Virus record (IMG/VR): IMGVR_UViG_3300031463_000001
Coordinates: 1 to 64,000 of that record
Strand: one strand, 5' to 3'
DNA length: 64,000 bases
Source: a virus
Below the pieces are notes generated by a model. It did not search any database and was not told where the DNA came from. It was given only the letters and a program-made list of their open reading frames with translations. Positions 39,221 through 48,223 of the stretch are shown piece after piece (position 1 is the stretch's first letter; the number at the start of each line of letters is the position of its first letter). The position numbers and the translations under genes were made by a program.

Positions 39221-41371
39221 ATGAGATGGCCTAATTTTTTACCTCAACTTCCACTAAGAAGTGATTACTTAAATGCAATAAAGACTTATTTCGACGAGTT
39301 AATACTCCAAAGATTTAAACAAACTATATTATCTAAAACCTTTGGAATTGTTCCAGGTTATCCTTCAATAAACAAAGAATTTGAAATAACTCTACAAGAT
39401 TCTCAACTTTTGACTATTAAAAAAGGATTGGCTATAGATAGTAGTAATAGGATTATACTATTAGATCAGGATATTACAATTGGATTCAATTTTACTAATG
39501 ATTCATTTCCTCTTTCTTCTTACAAAGATTGCTACATATATGTTTACTATAATGAAGAAAATGATACCTCAGTAGTTGATTATGATACTAATGGGAATCC
39601 ACTTTATCCTTATGTAAAGGTTGAATCACTTCTTCATTTCAAATTAGATACTCCAGAAGTTCAGGATACTTATATATTAGTGGCACATACTAAATTATAT
39701 AAGGATGATCAAGGAAATATATTTGTAGATTCGTTTGATAATGCAGCAAATTCGAGAATATATTCAGTTATTAACATGTATGCTCTATTTAATAATCAAC
39801 TTATTAATTTCCAAGATCACATTAATCAACATGGACATGGAATAGTTTCTTCAACAAATCCTCATGGTTTATCTTTAGAAGATTTGGGAGTTGAGATAGT
39901 TATAAATCATGTAGTTAATAAGAATGGATTAATATTACCGTATGTTAATACTAACAATTCAGGTTTTTATTTTACATTTCATTCAGATACCATAAAAACA
40001 AATAATTATATAGATATATATCCTTTAAATGAGGATGAAATTGTATTTTTGAATAGAGTAGTTTATTCTAGAAGTGATTTAGATATAAGTGATATAGATT
40101 TTAATAATGGTTATGTTAGATTGTGGATACAAGATACTACTCCAAATAATACCTATTATTATATAAAAGGACAAAGAAATCCTACAAATAATAAGTTATC
40201 TATTAGTTTTGATTCTACTCCTTTTAAAGATACTGATCTAGCTATTGGTACTTTTAAGCTAGATAGTGGTGGGAAAATTGATCCTTTTTCAATTAAAGAT
40301 AACAGAAATATAGGATTTGTAGACGCAAATACTATTGATCCTGTAACAAATGTTGGATATGTTTGGGGATTAAATACTGCTAAAGGAAATAGAACCCAAA
40401 AAATGTTTTATGTAAAAGTTGCATCAGATTTAGATATAAATCAATCTTCCTTTACTGTGAATGGAACTTTAACTATAAGAACACCCCATTTTGATAATGC
40501 TTATAATTTGAATGATTTAGAATATCATGTATATAGTTATGCAAATCATCAACTAGGTAATTTAGTTGATTCAGGTTCATGGGTAACGAAAGTAGGCTCT
40601 ACCATAAATCTTTCTAACAAAGTATGGAACGGTGTAGGAGAATGGTGGCTAACAATCGAAGGAGAAATTAAGTTTCCAACTAATTTCCCTAATCCTACAA
40701 TGCTTCGAATAACAACAGATGATGGAGCTAGATTAACTATAGGAGGAGTAACTTATTTAGATGCATTATTTGATCAATCAACAACTCAATATTTAGTAGC
40801 AATACCCTGGGAAAATGATAAATGGTATTCATTTAAGTTAGATCATTATGAAGTAATTTTACCTGAATCAGAAAGACTTTATGTAGAGTATCAAGATAAT
40901 GTGAATATTTTTCATTCCCTCTATGTAAATAGTAATACTAGATATTTAAAATATATAGATATTCCTTATGTATTTAATAATAATTCATTATGGGAAGTTT
41001 TAGATACTTTAAATAATTCATTAAATCCTTATAATATTTTTGTAAGAGTAGTAGATAATCAACTTGTTTTTTATTCTTATAATTATTTGGAAATAGTTAA
41101 TGATTCTACTAATAATTTATTTAGTAGTTCAAAATTGGGTAAATATGAAGAATATGAAATAATAAAAAGAATAGAATATACTGGAGATGGAATCGTAGGA
41201 AAAGAGATTGTAGGTAATTTTTCCAAAGAAAATTTTTATTGGACCGAATTTTATTATGATAGTAATTATAATTTAATTAGTACAAAGACTAATTTGAAAG
41301 ATAAATCATTTCAAATATCTCCACAATATTATAATGATAGTATAATAAACATTAATGAAACATTTATTTAG
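39221..41371 (+). CDS. Tail fibre/baseplate protein with a PA14-like domain
   Basis: KGLAIDSSNRIIL N-terminal module; EGEIKFP...RITTDDGARLTIGG...FDQ...WY.FKLDHYE (PA14-like). Confidence 0.65.
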   Translation: MRWPNFLPQLPLRSDYLNAIKTYFDELILQRFKQTILSKTFGIVPGYPSINKEFEITLQDSQLLTIKKGLAIDSSNRIILLDQDITIGFNFTNDSFPLSSYKDCYIYVYYNEENDTSVVDYDTNGNPLYPYVKVESLLHFKLDTPEVQDTYILVAHTKLYKDDQGNIFVDSFDNAANSRIYSVINMYALFNNQLINFQDHINQHGHGIVSSTNPHGLSLEDLGVEIVINHVVNKNGLILPYVNTNNSGFYFTFHSDTIKTNNYIDIYPLNEDEIVFLNRVVYSRSDLDISDIDFNNGYVRLWIQDTTPNNTYYYIKGQRNPTNNKLSISFDSTPFKDTDLAIGTFKLDSGGKIDPFSIKDNRNIGFVDANTIDPVTNVGYVWGLNTAKGNRTQKMFYVKVASDLDINQSSFTVNGTLTIRTPHFDNAYNLNDLEYHVYSYANHQLGNLVDSGSWVTKVGSTINLSNKVWNGVGEWWLTIEGEIKFPTNFPNPTMLRITTDDGARLTIGGVTYLDALFDQSTTQYLVAIPWENDKWYSFKLDHYEVILPESERLYVEYQDNVNIFHSLYVNSNTRYLKYIDIPYVFNNNSLWEVLDTLNNSLNPYNIFVRVVDNQLVFYSYNYLEIVNDSTNNLFSSSKLGKYEEYEIIKRIEYTGDGIVGKEIVGNFSKENFYWTEFYYDSNYNLISTKTNLKDKSFQISPQYYNDSIININETFI

Positions 41372-41379
41372 GAGGAAAG

Positions 41380-42240
41380 ATGTGGCCAATTATATTAAAT
41401 CTTTTTAATAGATTGAAGATCTCTAATGATAAAAGTTTTGAAATTCTTAAAAATGATACAAATTATATTTTAAAAAAGAATACTTATGTTGCTCAATCTA
41501 TTACATATACTCAAAGTGGTAATTTTTATTTTTCTCCAGATGATGATCGAACAGGTTTTATAATTATTACTTTATTAGGAGGAGGTGGAGGTGGTGGGGG
41601 ACAAAATGGAGGAGGAGGAGGAGGAGCTTCATGTTTTTATGGTTTAGTATCAAATTTGACACTCGTAAATGCAATACTTATTTCAGTTGGTTCAGGAGGA
41701 ACGGGAGGAAGTGTTTATGGAAATGGTTCCACTGGAGGAACTACTCAAGCAGATTTTATATTAAAAAATGGAAGAGCTATTAGTATAAAGTCTAAAGGAG
41801 GAATAGGAGGAGAATGGAATAAGGGTTCTGGGGGATATTTTGGAAATGTTGAAGCTTCAGAATCTGTATATGTTTATGCTTTTCATGATGATTTTTGTAT
41901 TCAATTATTTGATTGGGGTAATGTTATAAATGGAGGTAATGGGGGTAATGGAGGATCTTCAGCTACAAATGGAGACAATGTAACTTATCCTATTAAAGGT
42001 TTATTAAATTTAGGGTTTGTGACCTATACTGGAGGAATAGCGGGATGGGGTAGTGGAGGAGGAGGAGCATCTGCATATGGATCTGGAGGAAATGGGGGAA
42101 ATGCAAATAATCCTCCTATAGGAGGAAATGGAATAGGATATGGAAGTGGAGGTGGAGGAGGTGGAGCACCCTATAATGGTGGACCCGGAGGAGATGGAGC
42201 TCCCGGATTAGCTAAAATTATAAGATTCAAATATTTTTAA
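41380..42240 (+). CDS. Glycine-rich tail fibre-associated protein
   Basis: LLGGGGGGG...ISVGSGGTGG...GSGGGGG...GGDGAPG pattern. Confidence 0.75.
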   Translation: MWPIILNLFNRLKISNDKSFEILKNDTNYILKKNTYVAQSITYTQSGNFYFSPDDDRTGFIIITLLGGGGGGGGQNGGGGGGASCFYGLVSNLTLVNAILISVGSGGTGGSVYGNGSTGGTTQADFILKNGRAISIKSKGGIGGEWNKGSGGYFGNVEASESVYVYAFHDDFCIQLFDWGNVINGGNGGNGGSSATNGDNVTYPIKGLLNLGFVTYTGGIAGWGSGGGGASAYGSGGNGGNANNPPIGGNGIGYGSGGGGGGAPYNGGPGGDGAPGLAKIIRFKYF

Positions 42241-42252
42241 ATGGAGGTTAAT

Positions 42253-42672
42253 ATGTCCGATTATGCAGTAATAGATAAGAATGGAAGAGTAGTAAATGTG
42301 ATTGTAGCGGATGAAGAATTTATTAATAATTGGTTACCTAAATATACTAATTATTCTCAAGCAATAGAAAGAATAGGAAGAAAAGGAAATATAGGACAAT
42401 TATATGTTAATGGAATATTTTATGAAATAACTTCTTTTACTGAAGATTTATCATCCCAAATAGACGGAACCAAAACATCTTTTAACCTTACATATTTACC
42501 TCAAAAAGATTTTAATGTAACAGCCACCAAAGATGATATAAAAGTAACTTTAAACAACAATGTAATTACTGATTTTGAATATAATAATCAAGCAATAACG
42601 TTTACAAATCCACCTGCAAGTGGATCAACTTTGATGGTAAGCTATCCAATAAAGAAAGAGGTAACTGAATGA
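42253..42672 (+). CDS. Tail fibre assembly-like protein with a C-terminal DG.KTSF module
   Basis: YAVID.NG.VVNVIV start after the Gly-rich gene; SD ggagg. Confidence 0.55.
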   Translation: MSDYAVIDKNGRVVNVIVADEEFINNWLPKYTNYSQAIERIGRKGNIGQLYVNGIFYEITSFTEDLSSQIDGTKTSFNLTYLPQKDFNVTATKDDIKVTLNNNVITDFEYNNQAITFTNPPASGSTLMVSYPIKKEVTE

Positions 42673-44018
42673 ACAAGGTAGAGACAACTGTAGGAACTCC
42701 ATTAACAACCAATTTAATTAATGCTCTTAGTGATATAAGTAATAGTAATGTAAGCGATTTAGTTAATTTAAGTTTTAAAAATGGAGTATTTAGAAACCTA
42801 CCCAATGAACCCTTTCCTTTTTCTATTTCTGCTTTATCCCAAGGATCTAATTTAGTTGTAACAGTAACTCCAGGTAAAGCATTATTGGATGATGGAACTG
42901 CTTTAATTGTTACTCAAAACTTAACTGCTTCTATTCCAATTACCAACTCTTATCCAATTAGAGTTTATCTATCTTACGAATATATTTCTCCTGATTCTTC
43001 TTTACCTAGTAAAAAAGTTTGTAATCCTATTTTAGTTCTTAAACCTAACGATGATAATACAGTTCCAAGCAATAAAACATTTTTAGGAAGTGTTAGTTAT
43101 GATAATGGATTCAAATATGATTATAGTTCTAGAAATTGGTTAAGTTTCTCTACTGGGATACAACAATTAGTTACTTTACCCACTCAAACAGATACTTCAA
43201 TGCCAGATTATGGTTTTGGTAAAACAGTATCTTATACTGATCATATGTTTGCAAGAGGACATGGTTCAATAACTCCAACCAATCCACATGGTTTATCTTT
43301 AGTGGATGTTGAAGGTTGGGTAGAAACAAAGTTAACTGAAACACACGAATCTCAAATGCACAAAACAAGTTTATTAGGTGGGGTACCCACATTTATTTCA
43401 ATCCAACAAGCCATAGGAAACCTAAACTATTACTATATGTTTATTCAATTTCCTGCTAATGTTACTATGTTTTTAAAAGGAAAAACATTTAATAATACCA
43501 ACATACCTTCAATATATTTATATTTTGGTACTTTTGGAACTAATAGTTTTAATCCATTACCTCAATCAACTTATTTAGTTGCCTATGGTTTGGATAGTAA
43601 TAATAGGGTTTATCCTCAAATAATTAATTTAAAAGATTCATCTATTACTAGTAACTATCATTGGAAATATGTAACAGATACAGATTATAGACAATCCCAA
43701 GTTGTGGATGGAGTTACTAATGAAGGAGACTATTTTTATTTAAAGATTTATAATTGGGTAGTTCCTGCTAATTCTTTAGTTAGTAATTCACTTACTCCTT
43801 ATAATTTTTTCAATAATTCAAAAGAATTAGTTCCAATAGGTACTACAATCTTATGGCCCAACACTACTAATTTTCCTGTAGGATATGTACCCGGAGGAAC
43901 TATACTATATAAGAAAGGATTTATAACTCTTAGCAATATTATGAATAACAGTGGAGAAACTTTTATATTACCTACCACCACTATCTCAAATTTTACACCT
44001 TTAATTAAAGCTGTTTAG
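42669..44018 (+). CDS. Tail fibre-related protein, paralogous to the N-terminus of 39221
   Basis: VTPGKALLDDG; DH...GHG....NPHGLSL shared with 39221; collar-like VPIGTTILWP...PVGY. Confidence 0.65.
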   Translation: MNKVETTVGTPLTTNLINALSDISNSNVSDLVNLSFKNGVFRNLPNEPFPFSISALSQGSNLVVTVTPGKALLDDGTALIVTQNLTASIPITNSYPIRVYLSYEYISPDSSLPSKKVCNPILVLKPNDDNTVPSNKTFLGSVSYDNGFKYDYSSRNWLSFSTGIQQLVTLPTQTDTSMPDYGFGKTVSYTDHMFARGHGSITPTNPHGLSLVDVEGWVETKLTETHESQMHKTSLLGGVPTFISIQQAIGNLNYYYMFIQFPANVTMFLKGKTFNNTNIPSIYLYFGTFGTNSFNPLPQSTYLVAYGLDSNNRVYPQIINLKDSSITSNYHWKYVTDTDYRQSQVVDGVTNEGDYFYLKIYNWVVPANSLVSNSLTPYNFFNNSKELVPIGTTILWPNTTNFPVGYVPGGTILYKKGFITLSNIMNNSGETFILPTTTISNFTPLIKAV

Positions 44019-44040
44019 AAGGGAAAAATAAATAAACAAT

Positions 44041-44069
44041 TTGCGTAATTAGTTTATAACAATTAGTTT
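44041..44069 (+). promoter_or_regulatory. Possible sigma70-type promoter TTGCGT-N17-TAGTTT
   Basis: Correct spacing, upstream of the SD of ORF 44087; weak evidence in AT-rich DNA. Confidence 0.35.
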
Positions 44070-44086
44070 GTAAGGAGAGTAGTTCG

Positions 44087-44245
44087 ATGAAAGTAAATAG
44101 AATTAGAGTAAGAAAAATAGATAGGATTAATACTAATGTAAAAATCCATACTCCAAAAATCCAAAAAGAGAAATACAGATTTAATTGGAGGAAAGAGATT
44201 GAAGACGAACTCGATGAAAAGAAATTTGGAGGTTTATTATGGTGA
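44087..44245 (+). CDS. Small basic protein, 52 aa (MKVNRIRVRKIDR...GGLLW), not in the ORF track
   Basis: SD aaggag; stop overlaps the start of 44239. Confidence 0.6.
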   Translation: MKVNRIRVRKIDRINTNVKIHTPKIQKEKYRFNWRKEIEDELDEKKFGGLLW

Positions 44246-44487
44246 AATGTTTGGTGTGCGAATGTATTGAGGAGGCACATTTATTTTATTGGAAATGTCC
44301 TCTTTATGGTGACATAATATGTAGTGAGTGTTGTTGGAGTGTACCTAAAATTGAAGAATATCCTGAAATGAAAGAACGATTAATTAAATCAGGAGTGGAT
44401 ATTAATAAGATTCCTGAAATATGTAAAGAATGTGGAAGGAATGGATATTACGAATATAAACTAGAAAACCCACCTAAGAAAACCTAA
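44239..44487 (+). CDS. Small Cys-rich Zn-binding protein
   Basis: CLVC, CP....ICSECC, CKEC; SD ggagg. Confidence 0.7.
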   Translation: MVKCLVCECIEEAHLFYWKCPLYGDIICSECCWSVPKIEEYPEMKERLIKSGVDINKIPEICKECGRNGYYEYKLENPPKKT

Positions 44488-44566
44488 AATACTGAATAGC
44501 TTCCCACGTTTTATTGATGGAATTTAACCTTTTAAAGTTTGTACAAGAGATTTATGTTGTTGAAAA

Positions 44567-45088
44567 TTATTGGGGTGTTATTTCTGGATGATCTTTATAG
44601 AACTCATCTAGTTTACCAATTTGTTTAAGAAAATTGGTATAAGAGGTAAGTTGTTTTTTATTTTTAATTATAGTTCCTTCTCCCTTAATAAATCTATCTT
44701 TTAAAACGTTTTGAGCATAAAGGCATGAGTAATAGCTATCAGTAGCTATAGTATTTTCACCTTTAGGAAAAGGACCATGCAAAACATCACTAGCATAACC
44801 ATATGCATATCTTAACCATTTAGCCATTTCATCTTCCCCCTTTGGAAAAGGCCCTTTTAAAATAAATTTAGCATACCAAAAAGAAGTTTGGCCATCTAAA
44901 GTAATTATATCTTCAAACGTATCTTTAATCTTACCTTTAGCAATTTTTTCGGCATATTCATAAGTTAAAAAAGGATCTTTAACCATTGGGATTAATGTTT
45001 CTGCTAGTTCTTTATCTTTCTTTTTAATAGCTTCTTTTAATACTTTTTTAATTTTATCGGGATCTTTTAATAAATCTGATATGTTCAT
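44567..45088 (-). CDS. 26-aa helical-repeat family protein (3 units)
   Basis: MNISDLLKDPDK...PFPKGE...KLDEFYKDHPE. Confidence 0.85.
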   Translation of the reverse strand: MNISDLLKDPDKIKKVLKEAIKKKDKELAETLIPMVKDPFLTYEYAEKIAKGKIKDTFEDIITLDGQTSFWYAKFILKGPFPKGEDEMAKWLRYAYGYASDVLHGPFPKGENTIATDSYYSCLYAQNVLKDRFIKGEGTIIKNKKQLTSYTNFLKQIGKLDEFYKDHPEITPQ

Positions 45089-45528
45089 AATTTATCTTTA
45101 ACCTCTGGATGGTCTTTTAGAAATTCGTTTAACTTATTAATTTTTTTAAGAAAATCTATATAATCCCAAAAATAATCAAAATTAATAATAGTATCCTCTC
45201 CCTTAATAAACCTATCTTTTAACACATCTTTAGCATACCAAAAAGAATACCAAGAATTTTTAGCTATAACATCTTCTCCTTTAATAAATCTATCTTTTAA
45301 AACATAACTAGAATAAAAAAAAGAAAATTTTGAATCTTGAGCAATAATATCTTCAAACTCATCTTTAATCTTACCTTTAGCAACTTTTTCCGCATATTCA
45401 CAAGTTAACTCGGGATCGTTAACTATTGGGATTAACATTTCTGCTGCTTCTTTATTTTTATCTTCAATAGCTTTTTCTAATACTTTTTTAGCTTTATTTG
45501 GATCTTTTAATAAATCTGATATGTTCAT
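45085..45528 (-). CDS. 26-aa helical-repeat family protein (2 units)
   Basis: Same caps and repeats. Confidence 0.85.
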   Translation of the reverse strand: MNISDLLKDPNKAKKVLEKAIEDKNKEAAEMLIPIVNDPELTCEYAEKVAKGKIKDEFEDIIAQDSKFSFFYSSYVLKDRFIKGEDVIAKNSWYSFWYAKDVLKDRFIKGEDTIINFDYFWDYIDFLKKINKLNEFLKDHPEVKDKL

Positions 45529-46133
45529 ACTTTATCTTTTACCTCTGGATGATTGTTTAAGAATTCTTTTAATTTTTTTATTCGTCTAAGAAAATTTATA
45601 TAACTCTTTAAATAAGTTGAATCGGAATTATTTATAATTGTATTTTCACCTTTAATGAATCTATCTCTTAAAACTTCTTTTGCATATCTAACTGAATAAT
45701 TAGAATTGGTAGCAATAGCATCTTCTCCTTTTGGGAATGGACTATGTAATATATATGCGGCATATTCAAATGAATGGTTTGGCTGTTTAGCTATTGCATC
45801 CTCTCCTTTTGGCCACGGTCCTTTTATAACATTAAATGCATATGAGTAAGCACTCCAAGGATCTTTAGAAATAGTATCTTCTCCTTTAGGAAACGGACCC
45901 TTTAAAACCTCATAAGCATACCAATAAGACCATATTCCATCTTGAGCAATTATATCTTCCCACTCATCTTTAATCTTACCTTTAACTATTCTTACAGCAT
46001 AAAGTTCTGTTAAACGGGGTTCTTTAACTATTGGGATTAACATTTCTGCTAATTCTTTGTTTTTGTTATCAATAGCTTCTTTTAATACCTTTTTAATTTT
46101 ATCGGGATCTTTTAATAAATCAGATATGTTCAT
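45525..46133 (-). CDS. 26-aa helical-repeat family protein (4 units)
   Basis: Same caps and repeats. Confidence 0.85.
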   Translation of the reverse strand: MNISDLLKDPDKIKKVLKEAIDNKNKELAEMLIPIVKEPRLTELYAVRIVKGKIKDEWEDIIAQDGIWSYWYAYEVLKGPFPKGEDTISKDPWSAYSYAFNVIKGPWPKGEDAIAKQPNHSFEYAAYILHSPFPKGEDAIATNSNYSVRYAKEVLRDRFIKGENTIINNSDSTYLKSYINFLRRIKKLKEFLNNHPEVKDKV

Positions 46134-46648
46134 AATTTAATTTTGTATATACTATGACCTTTCTCTATAAATTCTGCAGAAAAGTTTTGATGTAATACAT
46201 GAGATCTCCAACGTGTTTCTTTCTTTTCAATTATCCACCATCTACCCCCATCCTTCCTTACAATAAAATCTCCATTCTGTAAAGAGGGTTCAAAGAGAGT
46301 CCACCCACTTAATATAGCTTCATTTTTTATACCTTGTTCAGTAGGTTTAAATCTTTGATTAAATGGTGTAATCATACTAATTTTAATTTCAATGGGACGA
46401 TAAAATCCACCAACATAATTAGTTCCAAAACAATAAAGACAAAATTCAATTTGAGGATGTTGTCCTCTTATCTTATCAAAATTAGGACAAATTTGGCCCT
46501 CTCTCTTTTTTCTATAATATAAAACACGTTCACCTCCCATCTCCAATAACCATTTCTCTCTATTTCGAATTTCCAGGAGGTATCTGACTAAAGGATCAAA
46601 GTTACGATCTGAAACATTGGGAAGAATTTGTAGGTGAGACCAACTCAT
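46130..46648 (-). CDS. Putative head-closure/neck protein with a Zn site
   Basis: GERVLYY.KK..G..CP...CLYCFGTNYVGGF...P.LQNGDFIV...RW pattern resembling large-myophage neck proteins. Confidence 0.55.
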   Translation of the reverse strand: MSWSHLQILPNVSDRNFDPLVRYLLEIRNREKWLLEMGGERVLYYRKKREGQICPNFDKIRGQHPQIEFCLYCFGTNYVGGFYRPIEIKISMITPFNQRFKPTEQGIKNEAILSGWTLFEPSLQNGDFIVRKDGGRWWIIEKKETRWRSHVLHQNFSAEFIEKGHSIYKIKL

Positions 46649-47169
46649 AGTTTAACCTCCGGATGATCTTTTAAGAATTCATCTAGTTTATTTATAGATT
46701 TAAGGAAATTAATATAATCTTCCAAATATCTTTTTTTAGGAGAATTAATAATAACATCCTCTCCTTTAATAAATCTATCTTTTAAAACATCTTGAGCATA
46801 TCGATTAGAACTCCAAAAATCAGTAGCAATAGCAGGTTCTCCTTTTGGCCAAGGACCTTTTATAATATCTCTAGCATATAAATAAGCATAATTATCATCT
46901 TTAGCAAGTGTATCTTCACCTCTAGGGAATGGACCTTTTAAAACAAATAAAGCATAATCATATGAAACTTTTACACTTTGAGCAATTATGTCTTCAAATT
47001 CATCTTTAACTTTACCCCGAGTTATATAATATGCATATTCATAAGTTAACGCGGGATCTTTAATTATTGGTATTAACATTTCTGCTAATTCTCTTTTTTC
47101 ACTAGTTATAGCCTTCCATAAAACTTTTTTAATTTTATCGGGATCTTTTAATAAATCTCCTATATTCAT
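46645..47169 (-). CDS. 26-aa helical-repeat family protein (3 units)
   Basis: Same caps and repeats. Confidence 0.85.
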   Translation of the reverse strand: MNIGDLLKDPDKIKKVLWKAITSEKRELAEMLIPIIKDPALTYEYAYYITRGKVKDEFEDIIAQSVKVSYDYALFVLKGPFPRGEDTLAKDDNYAYLYARDIIKGPWPKGEPAIATDFWSSNRYAQDVLKDRFIKGEDVIINSPKKRYLEDYINFLKSINKLDEFLKDHPEVKL

Positions 47170-47612
47170 AATTTATCTTTTACCTCCGGATGATCTTTTA
47201 AAAACTCATCTAGTTTGTATATAGATTCAAGGAAACTAATATAATCCTTTAAATATTCTTTATCTTTAATAATAATATTTTCTCCTAAAAGAAATCTATC
47301 TTTTAAAATATTTTTAGCATAATCAAAAGAATACAATGAATCTTTAGCAATAGTGGGTTCTCCTTTTAGGAATGGTCCATGTAAAACATTTTCAGCATAC
47401 CAACAAGAAACAGGTGCGCTTTGTGCAATAATATCTTCCCACTCGTCTTTAATTGGTTTTCTAACTATTCGTTGAGCATATTTATAGGTTAAATAAGGAT
47501 CTTTAACTATTGGAATTAACATTTCGGCTAATTCTTTGTTTAAATCATCAATAGCATCTCTTAATACTTCTTTAGCTTTATCTGGGTTTTTTAATAAATC
47601 TGATATATTCAT
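47166..47612 (-). CDS. 26-aa helical-repeat family protein (2 units)
   Basis: Same caps and repeats. Confidence 0.85.
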   Translation of the reverse strand: MNISDLLKNPDKAKEVLRDAIDDLNKELAEMLIPIVKDPYLTYKYAQRIVRKPIKDEWEDIIAQSAPVSCWYAENVLHGPFLKGEPTIAKDSLYSFDYAKNILKDRFLLGENIIIKDKEYLKDYISFLESIYKLDEFLKDHPEVKDKL

Positions 47613-48223
47613 AATTTAACTTCTGGATGATCTTTTAAGAATTCATCTAGTTTATTTATTGTTTTTAAGAAATCGATATATTTTATCAAATAATTTTTTT
47701 CACCTTCTTGATCTCCACTATCTATAATTACATTTTCTCCTTTAACAAATCTACCCTTTGATACATCTCTAGCATAATGATAAGAATAATAAGGATCTTT
47801 AGCAATAACATCCTCTCCTTTAATAAAAGGTTTTTGTAAAACATTTGCAGCATAAAGATAAGAGAAAGTGGGATCTTTAGCTATAACATCCTCACCTTTA
47901 GGAAATGGACCTTTTAAGACCTCATAAGCATAATAATAAGAACTATAGGCGTTAGTAGCAATAGCATCTTCTCCTTTTGGGAATGGGGCATGTAAAACAA
48001 AGCTAGCATATCGATAAGAATAAAGGGGATCTTTAGTAATAATATCTTCCCATTCATCTTTAATTTTATTTTCAGCTATTTCAAGGGCATATCTAAAAGT
48101 TAACCCAGGATCTTTAACTATTGGAATTAACATTTTAGCTAATTTTCTTTCCCCAGTATTTATAGCTTTTCTTAATGCTTTTTCAGCTTTACTTGGATCT
48201 TTTAATAAATCTAAAAGATTCAT
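47609..48223 (-). CDS. 26-aa helical-repeat family protein (4 units)
   Basis: Same caps and repeats. Confidence 0.85.
   Translation of the reverse strand: MNLLDLLKDPSKAEKALRKAINTGERKLAKMLIPIVKDPGLTFRYALEIAENKIKDEWEDIITKDPLYSYRYASFVLHAPFPKGEDAIATNAYSSYYYAYEVLKGPFPKGEDVIAKDPTFSYLYAANVLQKPFIKGEDVIAKDPYYSYHYARDVSKGRFVKGENVIIDSGDQEGEKNYLIKYIDFLKTINKLDEFLKDHPEVKL

Noticed and set aside
26012-44018. Tailocin, eCIS or T6SS interpretation of the contractile tail genes
   Set aside because: Terminase, portal, protease and capsid genes are in the same region, so this is a phage.
23752-48223. Diversity-generating retroelement as the source of repeat-protein variation
   Set aside because: No reverse transcriptase or non-coding template repeat in the window, and differences are not confined to adenine positions.
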